In this document: positions 40,350 to 50,894 of the stretch, in pieces
Layout: the number at the start of each line of letters is the position of its first letter
Numbering within the stretch: the stretch's first letter is position 1
Assembly (NCBI GenBank): GCA_963797555.1
Contig: CAWCPV010000003.1
Coordinates: forward strand, 800,001 to 864,000
Source of the DNA: an uncultured Gammaproteobacteria bacterium
Lineage (GTDB): Bacteria > Pseudomonadota > Gammaproteobacteria > CAWCPV01
Length of the DNA: 64,000 bases
Direction of reading: 5' to 3'
Program-made: the position numbers and the translations under genes
Notes under the pieces: generated by a model
What the model saw: only the letters and a program-made list of their open reading frames with translations
Told to the model about the DNA's origin: nothing
The model's database searches: none

Positions 40350-41340
40350 GACAGCATGGCCAGCCACTGGGCGTCACCGAGGTCGGTCTTGCTAGTGAGA
40401 AAAGCTTGCGGTCGGGAGGAGCGGACGGGCCACCACTCGGACGACGGCTTCTGGTACGACTTCGGATACCAGTATGTGGGCATACTGTTCCTCGGTTTCG
40501 CGCAGTGGCTACTTTCATCGATCGCAAGAGCACGCGATGGAGAAGCTGTTCTTCCTGTCCCGCGACGGCTATATCGTCAAGCAGTGTTATGACCTTCTCG
40601 CCCAGACCATTTCGGGCGCACCGGTGTCCGAGTATATGTATGCCTCCCGGCGATTTGCGGCGTGCCCAGGTGCGCTCTTCGCCGAATTTGTCCCCAACCA
40701 ATAAGGATTGAGGCGACCCGAAGGGTCGTTTCAATCCAGTGTTCAAGAAGCCCGGTGGTGGGCGTGGCTCTTTAACAGCAAGGGGATTGCTTCAGCGGCG
40801 TGTGGGCGGCGGGGTGCGTGAGCGTGAGGATGGTGCGCTCAGCGCATGGTGCAGCCGTGCGCAGAGGGGATTTTTGGGCCGTTTCTCTGGGGGGCAGGCG
40901 GTATCGGTGGTGATAAGCCGCCCCCAAGGGGCTATAGGGCAAAGCGAGGCCGTTCCGCGCGGAAACACCGAGCGGACTGGCCCGAGGCCGGGCGCGAGGG
41001 TGATACCCATCCGGCTGTTCGATTATCGCACAGGCAGTGACTTGCCTCTGATGCACATCGAGTCCAATGACACGCTTGAACAGCGATACCAGTTCCATGT
41101 CGTCTCCCATCGAAATACACTTCAAGAGGTGGGAGACGGCGCAGCCGGACCGAGTGAGCCTGAAGGCGGCAAGCCCCCGACGGCCTTTTTAGCGTGCACT
41201 CTCTCAAGGAAGCAATCCGGGGTACGAGTCGGTCCGGCGGGTCACGTTAGGCTGCGGGGTCGAGCCGCCAAAAACTTGCGCGACCTCTTCCCGCCGTCTC
41301 CCACCCCACAGCTTCTTTCATCCTCTGGGGTGGCGCCAGA
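40350..41340 (-). mobile_element. IS110-family remnant with structured upstream non-coding region
   Basis: MELVSLFKRVIGLDVHQRQVTAC (RuvC-like N-terminus) near 41100 and KTDLGDAQWLAML near 40380. Confidence 0.7.
40420..40704 (+). pseudogene. Fragment of a paralogous HAD/polysaccharide-locus gene
   Basis: FWYDFGYQYVG..FLGFAQWL / KLFFLSRDGY..YMYASRR parallels FFYDFGF..LFFLAREG..YLYVSRK in the 35052-38284 gene. Confidence 0.6.
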
Positions 41341-41596
41341 CGCAATGATTGTTAGGGCTAAGACCACCGCGAGATGGACCCCGCCGGGCTGCCCCCTTAG
41401 GCAAGCCACGGAGCTACACCCCGTGCTGGTCCGACGGCCGCGCGGCCGTACCCCGCGCGCCCTCCGAGTCGAGGCTCTCTGTTTTTTCCAACGGGCAACG
41501 CTGGCTGCAGAGCCGGCCCGTTGACCCACATGACGGCTGGCGGGCCGCGCCGTAGGAGGAGCGCCCGGAGCCCAGCCGCCAATCAATACGCGCGCG

Positions 41597-42007
41597 TCAT
41601 TCCTCTCTCAGGTGGAACAAGAGCGTGCTCCTGCTCCCAGGACCGACACGTACCGCCTTGCTCTGGCGGCTGACGCTCGTCGATGCTATCACCGTGTAGC
41701 TCCCGGCCGGCAGCCGAGCGAAGAGCCAGGGTCCCGCGGAGATTGTCTCCAGGACTGCCTTACCTGCGCGGTTCTGGATGACCACCTTCACGTCCACCAG
41801 ATAATGGCCGTCCGGGTTAGCAAACTCGAGCTTCAGGTTGGCACCCTGGGCCTCCGCTTGGAGAGCTTCCCGTGCGCCTTCGCCTACGCCGCCGCTCCAA
41901 ACCTGGGTCTCGTCGGAGCCTGTGGCGGCAGGCTGGGCATGCAGTAACGGAGCAGCGGCTATCGCTGCCGTATACAGGATCGCCATCATGTTGCGCTTGG
42001 TCGACAT
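41597..42007 (-). CDS. Exported carboxypeptidase-regulatory-like domain protein
   Basis: Signal peptide; SGGVG...NLKLEFA...YLVDVKV...GPWLFARLPAGSY. Confidence 0.75.
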   Translation of the reverse strand: MSTKRNMMAILYTAAIAAAPLLHAQPAATGSDETQVWSGGVGEGAREALQAEAQGANLKLEFANPDGHYLVDVKVVIQNRAGKAVLETISAGPWLFARLPAGSYTVIASTSVSRQSKAVRVGPGSRSTLLFHLREE

Positions 42008-42100
42008 GGCCGAACACCTCCTTTGCAAGTCGAGGCAGCCGCGTGGCTGTCCGCAGTCCGGTTGACTGGAACGCATATCGGGTTCCGGCACCGCCCCCAG

Positions 42101-43382
42101 TCAACGCTTGGTTTTCCGGAGTCTGAACAGGGCATTCGCACCCTCGTCGCTGGTTAAATAAAGCGCGCCATCGGGTCCGATGGCCACCCCGGCCGGGCGT
42201 GCCCAGCGCTCGCCGTCATCGAGCTGAAAGCCGGTAATGAGGTCATCAACGCGCCGCGCTTGGCCTCGTTCGAAACGGACCGCCACGACCTTCGGTGGCC
42301 GTCGCGTGGCCGGATCCCCGAAGGAGCCGCCGGAAGGGCGGGTGCCCCAGGAGCCGTGTAAGGCCACGATAGCGTCGCCGGCCAGACTCGCATCCATGAC
42401 GCCCCGAGGAACGAAGGCCATGCCCAGGGGGGCGCTGCGCGCCGGGAACGTCGCGACCGGCAGAGTGACGTTCTCGTTCGGGTCGGGGCGGCGTGCGCCG
42501 TATGCAGTCATCCCGCCGCAGCCGTTCGCCGTCGTACTCGAACCACGGCATGCCGTGAAAGGAGTCCGGTGCGAGAAGGCTGAAGTACTCCGGCGGCAAG
42601 TCGTAACCCCAGTGGTCGGGGCCGTTGTTGGCGGCGTACAAGACGTGCGTGCCCGGTTGCCAGTCGAAGCCCACGGGGTTGCGCAGGCCCGAGGCATACG
42701 GCTGCCAGTGCGGGCTGCCGTTGCGCTCGTCCAGCACCATGACGCCGCCGCGGCGATCCTCGAGGGGATAGCCTCCCCCAAGGTACTGGTCGCTGCAGTT
42801 GCTTTGGATGCCCAAACTCAGGTATACGCGCCCATCCGGGCCCACGGCCACGCTGCGGCTGGCGTGGCCTCCGCCGCCGGGAAGACGGGCCAGCAGGGTG
42901 ACATCCTCGGGCGACAGGCGTGCCTGACCGGGCTGGTAAGGCGCCCGATACACTCCGTCGGTCCGCCCGATCAGGATCTCGCCGGGGCGAAGCGCCACGC
43001 TGTGCGGGTAGTCGCCGAGGCGCACCAAGACCTCGGGGTGGTCGTAGGGCGGTGGGAGGCGGTAGACGTTGCCGGAGTGCGACCCGATAAACAGGTCGCC
43101 GTTGCCTCCGAAGGTAAGGAACCGCGGGCCGTCCAGCTTGCTGGTCACGACCTCAAGGGCGTAGCCGGCCGGCACCCGCACAGCCCGCACTACGCCGTCC
43201 ACGCGCAGCGTCTGAACGCGGTACTCGAGGGCCTGCGTCGAGGCGGTCGAAGAGCTCGACAGCACCAACAGCGCGGCACTCAGCGGCGGCACTGAGCGGC
43301 GACTCGGAAGGGAACCGACACGGCGCACGAACCAGACCTCGTCTGCTACGGGTGACCTAACTTCGAGCTTAAGACCCCGCAC
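42101..43382 (-). CDS. Glucose/sorbosone (PQQ-type) dehydrogenase family, frameshift near 42480
   Basis: YASGLRNPVGFDW, SAPLGMAF, VALHGSW, RPAGVAIGPDGALYLTSD; start uncertain. Confidence 0.82.
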
Positions 43383-43508
43383 CCGTCGGATGCAATGATC
43401 GATTTCCCGAATAACGCGCCGGAGCTAGACACGCGCCCGCGGTCCGGCGTACGGCCTGGAAAGAAGCTCCGGCCGAGGATTGGGGACGGCGCACGGCGCG
43501 GGACCCCA

Positions 43509-45338
43509 CTAGCGCGCTCCCAGCGGCTCCGCCTGCAAGTGAACGGTCAGCTCGGGCAGGTTGGTCTTCCCGAGCACCAGGGAGATCGGCTCGTCCAGCG
43601 TGGGGTCGCCGATCAACTGCACATCCGCCTCGAGACCCAGCGCTGGAATGATCACCGTGCCCCGCTGGCCGTGGCGGTCCACCAGGATTCCTTGGCCACG
43701 CCACCCCGGATTTCTGAGCAGGTGCACCAGCGTCCAGTGCAGGTTGGACTGCCGCTCCGCGCGGCGCGCGGCGGTCATGGCCGCGTCTGCGGCGCCCACG
43801 CGCTCCAGGACTTGGGGCTGGCTCAGCGTCGGCTCGCCGCGGAGGTAAGCCCGGATCTGCTGGTGGACGATCAGGTCCAGATATCGCCGCAACGGGCTCG
43901 TCGCCTGAGTGTAGACTTCCAGGCCGAGCCCGGCATGCGGCTCCGGCATGCTCTTGAGCTGCCGGCGCTTGAGCTTCCTGCGCGCCGCGAACATGGCGGC
44001 GAGGGTGCGCGGGTCGTCGCGGGTCTCCGGCTGAGGCTGCGTGGAGAAAGGCAGGGGGATGCCATGCTCCACGCCGAACCGGGCTGCGGCCAGGCCCCCC
44101 AATAGCATAGCCTCGCACACCAGCGTGCGGCTGCGCAGAGCCGGCAGCGGGCGGATGACGACCTCCCCTTCAAGCACCCGCACCGTGACCTCCGGGAACT
44201 CCAGCAGCAGCGCACCACCCGTTCGCCGCCGTTCCCGCAGCCTTTGCGCCAGCCGCCAGAGGCCACGGAACGGCTCCTCACAAATGCGCGCGTCGGCCTC
44301 GGCATAGGTGATGCGCGTGGCCCGCACCCGACTCCGTACGACCGTGAACTCGATGGGCTCGCCCTTTTCGCCCAGGACGATCCCGAAGGACAGCGCCGGC
44401 GAGACCTCCTGCAGCCCCATGCCCAGGCGCGCCATGATCCCCGAAGGAAGCATCGGCACTGTGCGCTCGGGCAGATAAAGCGTAGCGCCGCGGCCGCGGG
44501 CCTCCAGATCGGCGGCGCTGTCCGGCGGCACCAGGGCGGCTGCGTCCGCGACATGCACCCAGAGGCGTTCGCCGTCCAGGCTGAGGGCGTCGTCCGGGTC
44601 CAAGTTACCCTCGTCGTCGATAGCGAAGGCAGTGAGGTGCGTGAGGTCGGCCCTCTCTTCGTCAGGCAGCTCGCCCAGCTCCAGCGCCGGCGCTTCGCGC
44701 GGCATCTTCAGCCGGTCGGGGTGAGGGTTGACGCCCTCCGTCCAGTGGCCCACCCGGAGCAGCAAGGCATGGGCGGTTTCCGGCCGCTCGCGGCGGTCTA
44801 GGGCGCGCAACACGCGGCTGCGCTCGCTCTTTCCCAGGGCGAGCAATTCCACGTCCCGGAGCCTCGTCCGGTCTTCGGGTGCCGCCCGGCCGCCGCGGAG
44901 CCGCGCGAGGAAGTCGGCCCAGGCCTGCTCTTCGGCCGCCCTGGCCGCAAACTCCTGGCGCTGCCGCTGCACCTCCTCCACGGTACGGGTTTGTACCTCC
45001 GCCGGTTGCCCGTGGAAGTACCGTCCCTCAGCCACGATCTGCCATGCGGCCCAGGCGGTCGCGGGGGTATATTCGCCATAGGCCAGCTCGGCGAGATCGG
45101 AAAGCGTCGTCCGCGTGCCCGCCAGCAATTCCCATGCGCTCTCAACGTCCCCATCCCGGCTGGTCAGCTCCTGGAGATTGGAGAGCGGGCCCGGGTGCAG
45201 TAGCACCACGTCTTTCGGGCGCACCCGCTGGGTCTTGGCGGCCGCCAGCTCGATCTCCACCTTGTCGTCGGTTCGCAGAACGCGCGCGGGGCGGCTCTTG
45301 TACAGGACCAGGCTGTTGACGGGGAGTGTGTCCATCAT
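43509..45338 (-). CDS. RNB-domain (RNase II/R family) exoribonuclease
   Basis: AIDDEGNLDPDDALS, VHVAD, YTQATSPLRRYLDL. Confidence 0.9.
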   Translation of the reverse strand: MMDTLPVNSLVLYKSRPARVLRTDDKVEIELAAAKTQRVRPKDVVLLHPGPLSNLQELTSRDGDVESAWELLAGTRTTLSDLAELAYGEYTPATAWAAWQIVAEGRYFHGQPAEVQTRTVEEVQRQRQEFAARAAEEQAWADFLARLRGGRAAPEDRTRLRDVELLALGKSERSRVLRALDRRERPETAHALLLRVGHWTEGVNPHPDRLKMPREAPALELGELPDEERADLTHLTAFAIDDEGNLDPDDALSLDGERLWVHVADAAALVPPDSAADLEARGRGATLYLPERTVPMLPSGIMARLGMGLQEVSPALSFGIVLGEKGEPIEFTVVRSRVRATRITYAEADARICEEPFRGLWRLAQRLRERRRTGGALLLEFPEVTVRVLEGEVVIRPLPALRSRTLVCEAMLLGGLAAARFGVEHGIPLPFSTQPQPETRDDPRTLAAMFAARRKLKRRQLKSMPEPHAGLGLEVYTQATSPLRRYLDLIVHQQIRAYLRGEPTLSQPQVLERVGAADAAMTAARRAERQSNLHWTLVHLLRNPGWRGQGILVDRHGQRGTVIIPALGLEADVQLIGDPTLDEPISLVLGKTNLPELTVHLQAEPLGAR

Positions 45339-45563
45339 CCTTCGCGGTGTCGGTCCGAGAAGCTCTGCGAGGCGCTGGCAGCACCCTGGGGCTCCAGGCA
45401 CCAATTGTCTCAGGAATGGGTCCGGTACGGCACTTTTCCGTGACGGCGCTCAGTTCGTCGTGGCCCCACACTAAAGCGCAGCGCAATGGGGGTCAAAGGA
45501 GTGAAGGGGAGTGTAACCCGAATGGCCACCGGGCATTTTCCGATGTTGCAGGCGACACTCTGT

Positions 45564-46589
45564 TCACGGAAGCGACTGGTCGTCGCCCGTGAAGTCCATC
45601 CGGCCCGGAAGAGAAAACCCACGTTTTGCGGGCCACGCACCCGCGCCGCTTCTCTCTTCCTTCGAGCGTATGGCAAAGTCCGGGTCCATCATCTCTACGA
45701 ACCTGCGGGCCTGCGGTGAGAGCTCTGTGTGCCTGCGCATCACCACACCGTAGCTTCGGGTGGGAAAATAATCGCGCAGCGGAATCGCGGCCAGCTTCTC
45801 GCTCCCCGTCAGACAGATGTTCGTCACAATGGAGACACCCAACCCCAGCTCCACGAACTTCTTGATCACTTCCCAGCCGCCCGCCTCGATCACCACGTGG
45901 TAATCAAGGCCATGCTGGCGGAACACCAGGTCCACGATGCGCCAGGTGCTCAGATGCCGCGGCGGCAAGATAAGCCCGCAGCGGCTCACCTCCTCGAGCG
46001 TGACGTGCTTCTTGCGCGCCAGGGGGTGATCCAAGGGGGTGATGAGCATGGGGTCATAGCTGAAGATCGGAAGATAGGCGACGTCTTCCGGTATTTCGAT
46101 CATCGACCCGACGGCAAAGTCCACCTCGCCCGAGCGCAGCAGCGCCAGGCCGTCTCGCCCCGTGACGTTGTGCAGATGCAGGCTGATGTGCGGATAACGG
46201 TCGCTGTAGCGTTTCACGTACTCCGGCAGGAGGTAGAGGATGGTCGATTCGCCCGCCGCGATATCCAGCGCACCGCCGCTCATCGCGCCCATGCGCTCCC
46301 GAAACACCGCCGGAAGGTTTTCCATGGCCTGCATCAAGGGGAGGGCGGTTTCGAGGAGGACCCGTCCGCTGTCGGTGAGGCAGATACGCGGGCCGTGGCG
46401 CTCGAAGAGCTGCGTGTCGAGGTCTTGCTCCAGAGTCTTGATGAGCTGGGAGACCGAGGGCTGACTCACGCACAACCGTTGGGCGGCTTTTGAGACGCTG
46501 CCCGTTTGTGCCGTTTGGCAGAACGCACGCAACTGGCGCAGGCGGTTGGGGGGGCAGGCATGGGAGGCACGGGGCAGCATCCGGTGCAC
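45564..46589 (-). CDS. LysR-family transcriptional regulator
   Basis: QLRAFCQTAQTGSVSKAAQRLCVSQPSVSQLIKTLE HTH plus substrate-binding domain. Confidence 0.93.
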   Translation of the reverse strand: MHRMLPRASHACPPNRLRQLRAFCQTAQTGSVSKAAQRLCVSQPSVSQLIKTLEQDLDTQLFERHGPRICLTDSGRVLLETALPLMQAMENLPAVFRERMGAMSGGALDIAAGESTILYLLPEYVKRYSDRYPHISLHLHNVTGRDGLALLRSGEVDFAVGSMIEIPEDVAYLPIFSYDPMLITPLDHPLARKKHVTLEEVSRCGLILPPRHLSTWRIVDLVFRQHGLDYHVVIEAGGWEVIKKFVELGLGVSIVTNICLTGSEKLAAIPLRDYFPTRSYGVVMRRHTELSPQARRFVEMMDPDFAIRSKEERSGAGAWPAKRGFSLPGRMDFTGDDQSLP

Positions 46590-47209
46590 CTCGTTTATAG
46601 GAAAATGATATAGCGGACTATTCGCTAAATAGCCTAGTCAAATACTCCGTCGTTTTCTACGGTGCGGCAGGCCAAGGCCGGCATCCAGGCGATCTACGTC
46701 CGGGCTGGCAGTCGGCGCGGTCACAGCCATTCCAATGGCCGAACCACAACACCGCGTCCACAAACCACCGATGGTCCTGGCCACTGTGTCCTGGGTCACC
46801 GGGTTTCCGAAAGCAGGGCACGATCCTCTCGGTCGCCGCGCAGGAGAAACCTACGCGCGACGCACGGCGACGTTACGTATCGTCCGGCAGGGGATCGACG
46901 CCTCGAAGGCATATATGTAGCTCGACGCGCCGCACCGTAGCGGCGTAAGGTACGTCTCGGACGAGTGCCTGTCCGCGATGCCCAAGACTCGCCATGGCTC
47001 GCTAACTCGAATCTCTTGGTGAGCCGAATAACCTGCCCAGGCCCGACAACCGTGGACGAGTCAATCGGCGCGTCGTTCCTCCGCTGGTGGAGTTGAGAGC
47101 GAGGAGCGCTCGACACGAGCACTCGCGTGGGCGACCACATCGCCCGAGTCGGGGTCTTCCCTGGGGTCGACCCCCATGTCGGCCGTCGTCAAGATGAGCG
47201 AATGCCAAC

Positions 47210-47962
47210 ATGATCGAGCTGGACGGCGTCTCCAAGGCATACGGTGACGTACAGGCTCTGGCGCCGACCGATCTGGTTATTCCGCCTGGCCGGACGATGG
47301 TTTTCATCGGTCCGAGCGGGTGCGGCAAGTCGACGCTGCTTCGACTCATAATCGGCTTGGTCCGCCCAGGCGGTGGAACGGTCCGTTTCGGCGGCGCCGA
47401 GGTCACGCCCGAGAACGCCGTGGAGTTGCGACGACGCATGGGCTACGTGGTACAGCACGGCGGGCTGTTCCCGCATCTCACCGCACGCGGCAACGTCGGC
47501 CTGCTGGCTCGTTACCTGGGGTGGGACGAGCGGCGCATCGACCGGCGGGTGGCCGACCTCATCGCACTGACGCAATTCCCGCTGCGCGGGCTGGACCGCT
47601 ACCCAGCCGAACTGTCGGGAGGACAGCGGCAAAGGGTGAGCCTGATGCGTGCGCTCATGCTGGACCCGGACGTGTTGCTGTTGGATGAGCCACTGGGCGC
47701 GCTCGACCCGATGATCCGTTCGGAACTGCAAGCCGATCTCAAGACCATCTTTCAGCAGTTGGAGAAGACTGTCGTGCTGGTGACGCACGACATCGGGGAG
47801 GCTGGATTCTTCGGGGACCTGATTGTGCTGCTGCGGGAGGGCAGGATAGTCCAACGGGGCACATTGCGGGAGCTGGTCGATTCGCCCGCCGAGCCGTTCG
47901 TCTCGCGTTTCATCAACGCGCAACGCAGCCCGCTGGAAGCCCTGGGAAGCCGACTCCCTTGA
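47210..47962 (+). CDS. Osmoprotectant ABC transporter ATPase
   Basis: GPSGCGKST, LSGGQRQRV, LLLDEP, GYVVQHGGLFPH. Confidence 0.92.
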   Translation: MIELDGVSKAYGDVQALAPTDLVIPPGRTMVFIGPSGCGKSTLLRLIIGLVRPGGGTVRFGGAEVTPENAVELRRRMGYVVQHGGLFPHLTARGNVGLLARYLGWDERRIDRRVADLIALTQFPLRGLDRYPAELSGGQRQRVSLMRALMLDPDVLLLDEPLGALDPMIRSELQADLKTIFQQLEKTVVLVTHDIGEAGFFGDLIVLLREGRIVQRGTLRELVDSPAEPFVSRFINAQRSPLEALGSRLP

Positions 47963-49464
47963 AATGGTCGCGCCTCTTCCTGATCCTGGTGCTGTCCGGC
48001 CGCGCGGGAGTCTCGCACGCGACAGCGGCGGCGGCCGAGGTGAGCATCGGCTCCAAGGTATTCACGGAGTCCGTCATCCTCGGCGAGATGGCGGCGCAGC
48101 TCGCACGCAGCACCGGCGCCCGGGTCGTTTACCGGCGGGGTCTCGGCGGCACGCAGGTGCTCTGGAATGCCCTGCTCGCGGGAGCGATCGATGTTTATCC
48201 GGAGTACACCGGTACCATCGTCCAGGAGCTACTGGGCCCTGGCGCACCGCTGGACCGTGTGGCTATTGCCAAGTCCCTTGCGGCGCGCGGCATTCTTATG
48301 ACCCGGTCGCTCGGTTTCAATAACACCTACGCCATCGGGATGAAAGAGGATGTGGCCGAGCGGCTGCACGTCCGCACCATCTCCGACCTGCGCAGTCATC
48401 CGGAGCTGAGTTTCGGCTTCAGCAACGAGTTCATGGACCGCGCCGACGGCTGGCCGGGGCTGCGCCAGCGCTATCGCTTGCCGCAAAGCGAGGTGCGCGG
48501 CCTGGATCATGATCTGGCCTACCGCGGCATTGCCAGCGGTGCGATCGACGCCACCGACCTCTACTCCACCGACGCGGAGATTCCGTATTACGGCTGGCGC
48601 GTCCTCAAGGACGACCTGAGCTATTTTCCCGATTACCAAGCGGTCCTGCTTTACCGCTCCGAGATCGAGAAACGCGCGCCGCGGGTGGTCGACGCGTTGA
48701 AACGGCTCGAGGGTCTCATTTCCGCGCAGGCGATGGCGAAAATGAACGCGCGCGTAAAGATCGACAAAGCCTCGGAGAGCCGTGTGGCTGCGGACTTTCT
48801 CAAGGACAAGCTCGGGCTCGAAGACGAGGTGCACGAGCCCGACTTGGCCGACCGGTTGACGAGCCACACCTTGCAACACCTCGGACTGGTCGCAGTCTCC
48901 CTTGGCGCTGCCATCCTTCTCTCCATACCCTTAGGCATCTTCGCCGCTCGGCGACCACGGCTCGGCCAGTGGATCCTGAGCACCGTCGGCATCATCCAGA
49001 CCATTCCCTCGCTCGCCCTGCTCGTTTTCATGATCCCGTTCCTGGGAATAGGGGCGCCGCCCGCCATCGTGGCGTTGTTCCTCTACAGCCTGCTTCCCAT
49101 CGTCAGAAGCACCTACACGGGACTGCACGATATTCCGATCGATATTCGCGAGTCCGCCGCGGCGCTCGGCTTACCGCCGGGCGCACGCCTGCGCCTGGTG
49201 GAGATCCCCATGGCCGCCCGAGCGATCCTGGCGGGCATCAAGACCTCCGCAGTGATCAACGTGGGCACCGCCACGCTGGGCGCGCTCATCGGCGCCGGCG
49301 GCTATGGTCAGCCGATTCTGACCGGTATCCGCCTGGATGACCTGGGTCTGATCATGGAGGGCGCCGTGCCCGCGGCCGTGCTCGCCCTGCTGGTGCAAGG
49401 TTCCTTCGATCTGCTCGAACGTGTGGTCGTGCCGAAGGGCCTGCGTCTGAAGCCACAGGCGTGA
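47959..49464 (+). CDS. Glycine betaine-type ABC transporter, fused binding protein + permease
   Basis: IGSKVFTESVILGE, YPEYTGT, FNNTYA; C-terminal QTIPSLAL and EAA-like loop. Confidence 0.9.
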   Translation: MKWSRLFLILVLSGRAGVSHATAAAAEVSIGSKVFTESVILGEMAAQLARSTGARVVYRRGLGGTQVLWNALLAGAIDVYPEYTGTIVQELLGPGAPLDRVAIAKSLAARGILMTRSLGFNNTYAIGMKEDVAERLHVRTISDLRSHPELSFGFSNEFMDRADGWPGLRQRYRLPQSEVRGLDHDLAYRGIASGAIDATDLYSTDAEIPYYGWRVLKDDLSYFPDYQAVLLYRSEIEKRAPRVVDALKRLEGLISAQAMAKMNARVKIDKASESRVAADFLKDKLGLEDEVHEPDLADRLTSHTLQHLGLVAVSLGAAILLSIPLGIFAARRPRLGQWILSTVGIIQTIPSLALLVFMIPFLGIGAPPAIVALFLYSLLPIVRSTYTGLHDIPIDIRESAAALGLPPGARLRLVEIPMAARAILAGIKTSAVINVGTATLGALIGAGGYGQPILTGIRLDDLGLIMEGAVPAAVLALLVQGSFDLLERVVVPKGLRLKPQA

Positions 49465-49513
49465 TGGCGCAACCCGTCACGTTTGGCGTTCCGTGGAAGC
49501 TGCTTGACAGCGC

Positions 49514-49789
49514 TTGGTGACGCCGGTCGGGGAGTTCTATATCCGCACCTCGGCGGATATCATGACCACCGACTCCGTCGATGTGGACCTGGGCGCTCCC
49601 TTCACCGAGGTCCAGGACCTGCCCGACAGCGTCCTGTGCTATCTTCTCCCCGGCCGCTACTGTGATTCTGACAGGCTGGGCGAGATCGCGCGGGACGCGC
49701 CGCCGGGTATGGCCATGCGGCCCGGATCGCGGACCTGGTTCGCAGATCGGTGCGAAACACACCTGGCCACACCCGCGGATGATGGAGCC
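49514..49789 (+). pseudogene. Fragment of a second transglutaminase-like gene
   Basis: VQDLPDSVLCYLLPGRYCDSDRL motif without its own start or catalytic region. Confidence 0.5.
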
Positions 49790-50647
49790 ATGCGACGATT
49801 GCAGATATGGCATGAGACCCGGTACGACTTCGCCAGCCCCGTGCAGCTCCAGGACCACCAGATCATGCTGCGACCCCGGGAGCGCCATGACGTGCGCATC
49901 GAGTCCTCCCGGCTGCTCGTTACGCCGCAGCCCCAGATCTCCTGGCACCGCGACGCCCACGATAACTCGGTCGCCACCCTGAGCTTTTCCGGCCGCGCGC
50001 AGCAGTTGGTCATCACCAGCGAGATCGTCATTCAGCATTACGACGAGGCCCCCCTGGATTTCCTGGTGGCCGACCACGCCGTGTACTATCCCTTCACTTA
50101 CGCACCCGACGATGCCGTGGACCTGGGGCCCTACCTGAGTCCGGTCGAGGCGCCCGGCACTACCGTGTTGCGAGACTGGTTGGCCCGCTTCTGGCAGCCG
50201 GGGGACCGGGTGCAGACCTACGTGCTCTTGGAGAATCTCTGCCGGGGGATGGCCGAAGGTCTGGCCTATCGGGCGCGCGAAGAGCCTGGCGTGCAGCCGC
50301 CGTCCCGAACCCTTGCGCTGGGCGGTGGCTCCTGCCGGGACTTCGCAACCCTGTTCATCGAGCTTGCGCGCAGCCTCGGGCTGGCTGCCCGCTTCGTCAG
50401 CGGCTACTTGGTGACGCCGGTGGAGGACCGGGGCACCGGCGCGACCCACGCCTGGGCGGAAGTCTATCTCCCCGGTGCCGGGTGGAAGGGGTTCGACCCC
50501 ACCATCGGCAGAATCACCGGAAGCGACCATATCCCCGTGGCCCTGGCCCGGCGTCCCGACGCGGTACCGCCCGTGGCGGGCACCTTCGTGGGGCCAAGCA
50601 CGGCCTCCCCCGTACTCCAGGTGCGGGTGAAGGTGACGGCCCTCTGA
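49790..50647 (+). CDS. Transglutaminase-family protein
   Basis: IWHETRYDF N-terminus; GSCRDFA, RFVSGYL, THAWAEVY, GFDPT. Confidence 0.9.
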   Translation: MRRLQIWHETRYDFASPVQLQDHQIMLRPRERHDVRIESSRLLVTPQPQISWHRDAHDNSVATLSFSGRAQQLVITSEIVIQHYDEAPLDFLVADHAVYYPFTYAPDDAVDLGPYLSPVEAPGTTVLRDWLARFWQPGDRVQTYVLLENLCRGMAEGLAYRAREEPGVQPPSRTLALGGGSCRDFATLFIELARSLGLAARFVSGYLVTPVEDRGTGATHAWAEVYLPGAGWKGFDPTIGRITGSDHIPVALARRPDAVPPVAGTFVGPSTASPVLQVRVKVTAL

Positions 50648-50894
50648 AACAGGTCCGCACCCAGACGGCCCTGTCGGTCACGCGTAGAATTAAAGATCGC
50701 AAAGTGGCAGCTTGATCTGGCCACGAGTATGGACGGTGCCACATCCCATGAGCAGAGGGATGGCGCCGGTCCAGAGGGAAAAACGACGCCCAGCGCGGAG
50801 ACGCCGCCTGCCAGCAGCCAGCAAGCCCGCCGCCGGAAAGGCCGCCGGGCACGGAACCGGGGCGGAGACGGTCCACCAGCCCATGGTCCCATAG

